Of a DNA stretch of 64,000 bases, positions 63,101-64,000 are shown one piece after another; the first letter of the stretch is position 1, and each line of letters begins with the position of its first letter. The translations under genes were made by a program, and so were the position numbers. This DNA comes from Azolla caroliniana (taxonomy: Eukaryota > Plantae > Polypodiophyta), in contig JBHGNT010000018.1 of the NCBI GenBank assembly GCA_043228905.1, positions 744,001 through 808,000 of the forward strand. The letters are read 5' to 3'. The notes under the pieces were generated by a model that worked only from the letters and a program-made list of their open reading frames with translations, was not told the DNA's origin and did not search any database.

Positions 63101-64000
63101 GGCATCGTACATGGCGACCTGTGGCTTTTTCAACTTCGTTTTTAAACTTTTGGAAGTATCAGAACACTTTGCTCTTTTGCAGCATTGGATAGAGCCATGT
63201 GTGCCTGGAGAAGTTGTCAATGAAGAGCATGTAATAGTGGCATCCGCCGAATGTAGCCGTCTGCACCGGTCCCCATACGTCGGAATGGACTACGTCGAGT
63301 AGACCTTTGCTCACGTTCCGCTCTTTCAGGAATGGGTGTCGGTGTTGTTTGCCGAATTGGCACGCTTTGCATACACCTTCAATCTCCTTCTCTTTGAATG
63401 TCGGGAGTCCGATGACGACTCCTTTCGATTTCATTGCTTTGAGTTTGTTTAGATTGATGTGGCTGATTCGCTTGTGCCATAGCTCTATGTTGGAGTCGGC
63501 TTTCGTGCTTTTTGCGAGCATGGCGGATTTCATCTCGTGTGAATCGAGAATGAACATCCATCCCTCTCTTCTTCCACGCGCGATGATTCGGCCCTCTTTT
63601 TCAATGAAGCACCCTTCTTGGTCGACTCGTACTTGGATCCCTTGCTCAACCATTTGGTTGACCGAGACCAAGTTCTTTGTGATGGTGGGAACATGCAAGA
63701 CATTTTTAATGTATGTTTGCTTACCTCTTTCGCCAAACGGAACATTGCCGATGTGCCGAATCGGGTGCGTAGTGTCATCTCCTATTTCGACATAACCGGG
63801 TCACTCCGGCTCTCGAAGTTCGAGAAACCAATATTTATGAGATGTCATATGGTTTGAGGCTCCGGAGTCAACAAACCATACGTCCTCCAGATTGAGGGCA
63901 CTAGTTGAGGTTGAGGTCGGAGTTGTGTTTGTACATTCCTGTTGTCGTTTAGGAACACGTTCTGTGGGCAGTACTTCGACCTAGACCTCAAGGTGAGTGT
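60165..64000 (-). mobile_element. Copia element E2 (same family as E), degenerate, continues past the window end
   Basis: 3' LTR 60165-60560; PPT gcttgagggggtg 60561-60573; RNase H, RT (ILYVDDL near 61600-61620), integrase and WFVDSGASNH protease fragments. Confidence 0.93.

Overview
Land-plant nuclear DNA with no host protein-coding gene; about 95% is nested transposable elements. It holds three decayed LINEs, a chromovirus-type Ty3 fragment, about nine Ty1/copia copies (one with a full-length gag-pol ORF), a hAT-type MITE and solo LTRs. It also holds five related Ty3/gypsy-type insertions with TGTCGTG...GACA LTR ends, a tRNA-Trp primer site and 4-bp TSDs. Highlights: (1) a pol-less partner element of this Ty3 group encodes a Gag N-terminus fused to a long repeat-rich region and contains a cleanly inserted 766-bp plastid-type fragment with trnT-GGU; (2) all five Ty3 insertions sit at CpG-centred 4-mers inside other TEs; (3) two sister copia elements lie tail-to-tail, forming a ~11-kb inverted repeat. 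Boundaries were read by eye from TSD/PBS/PPT signals. Lineage names and host clade (possibly a non-seed plant) are inferences.
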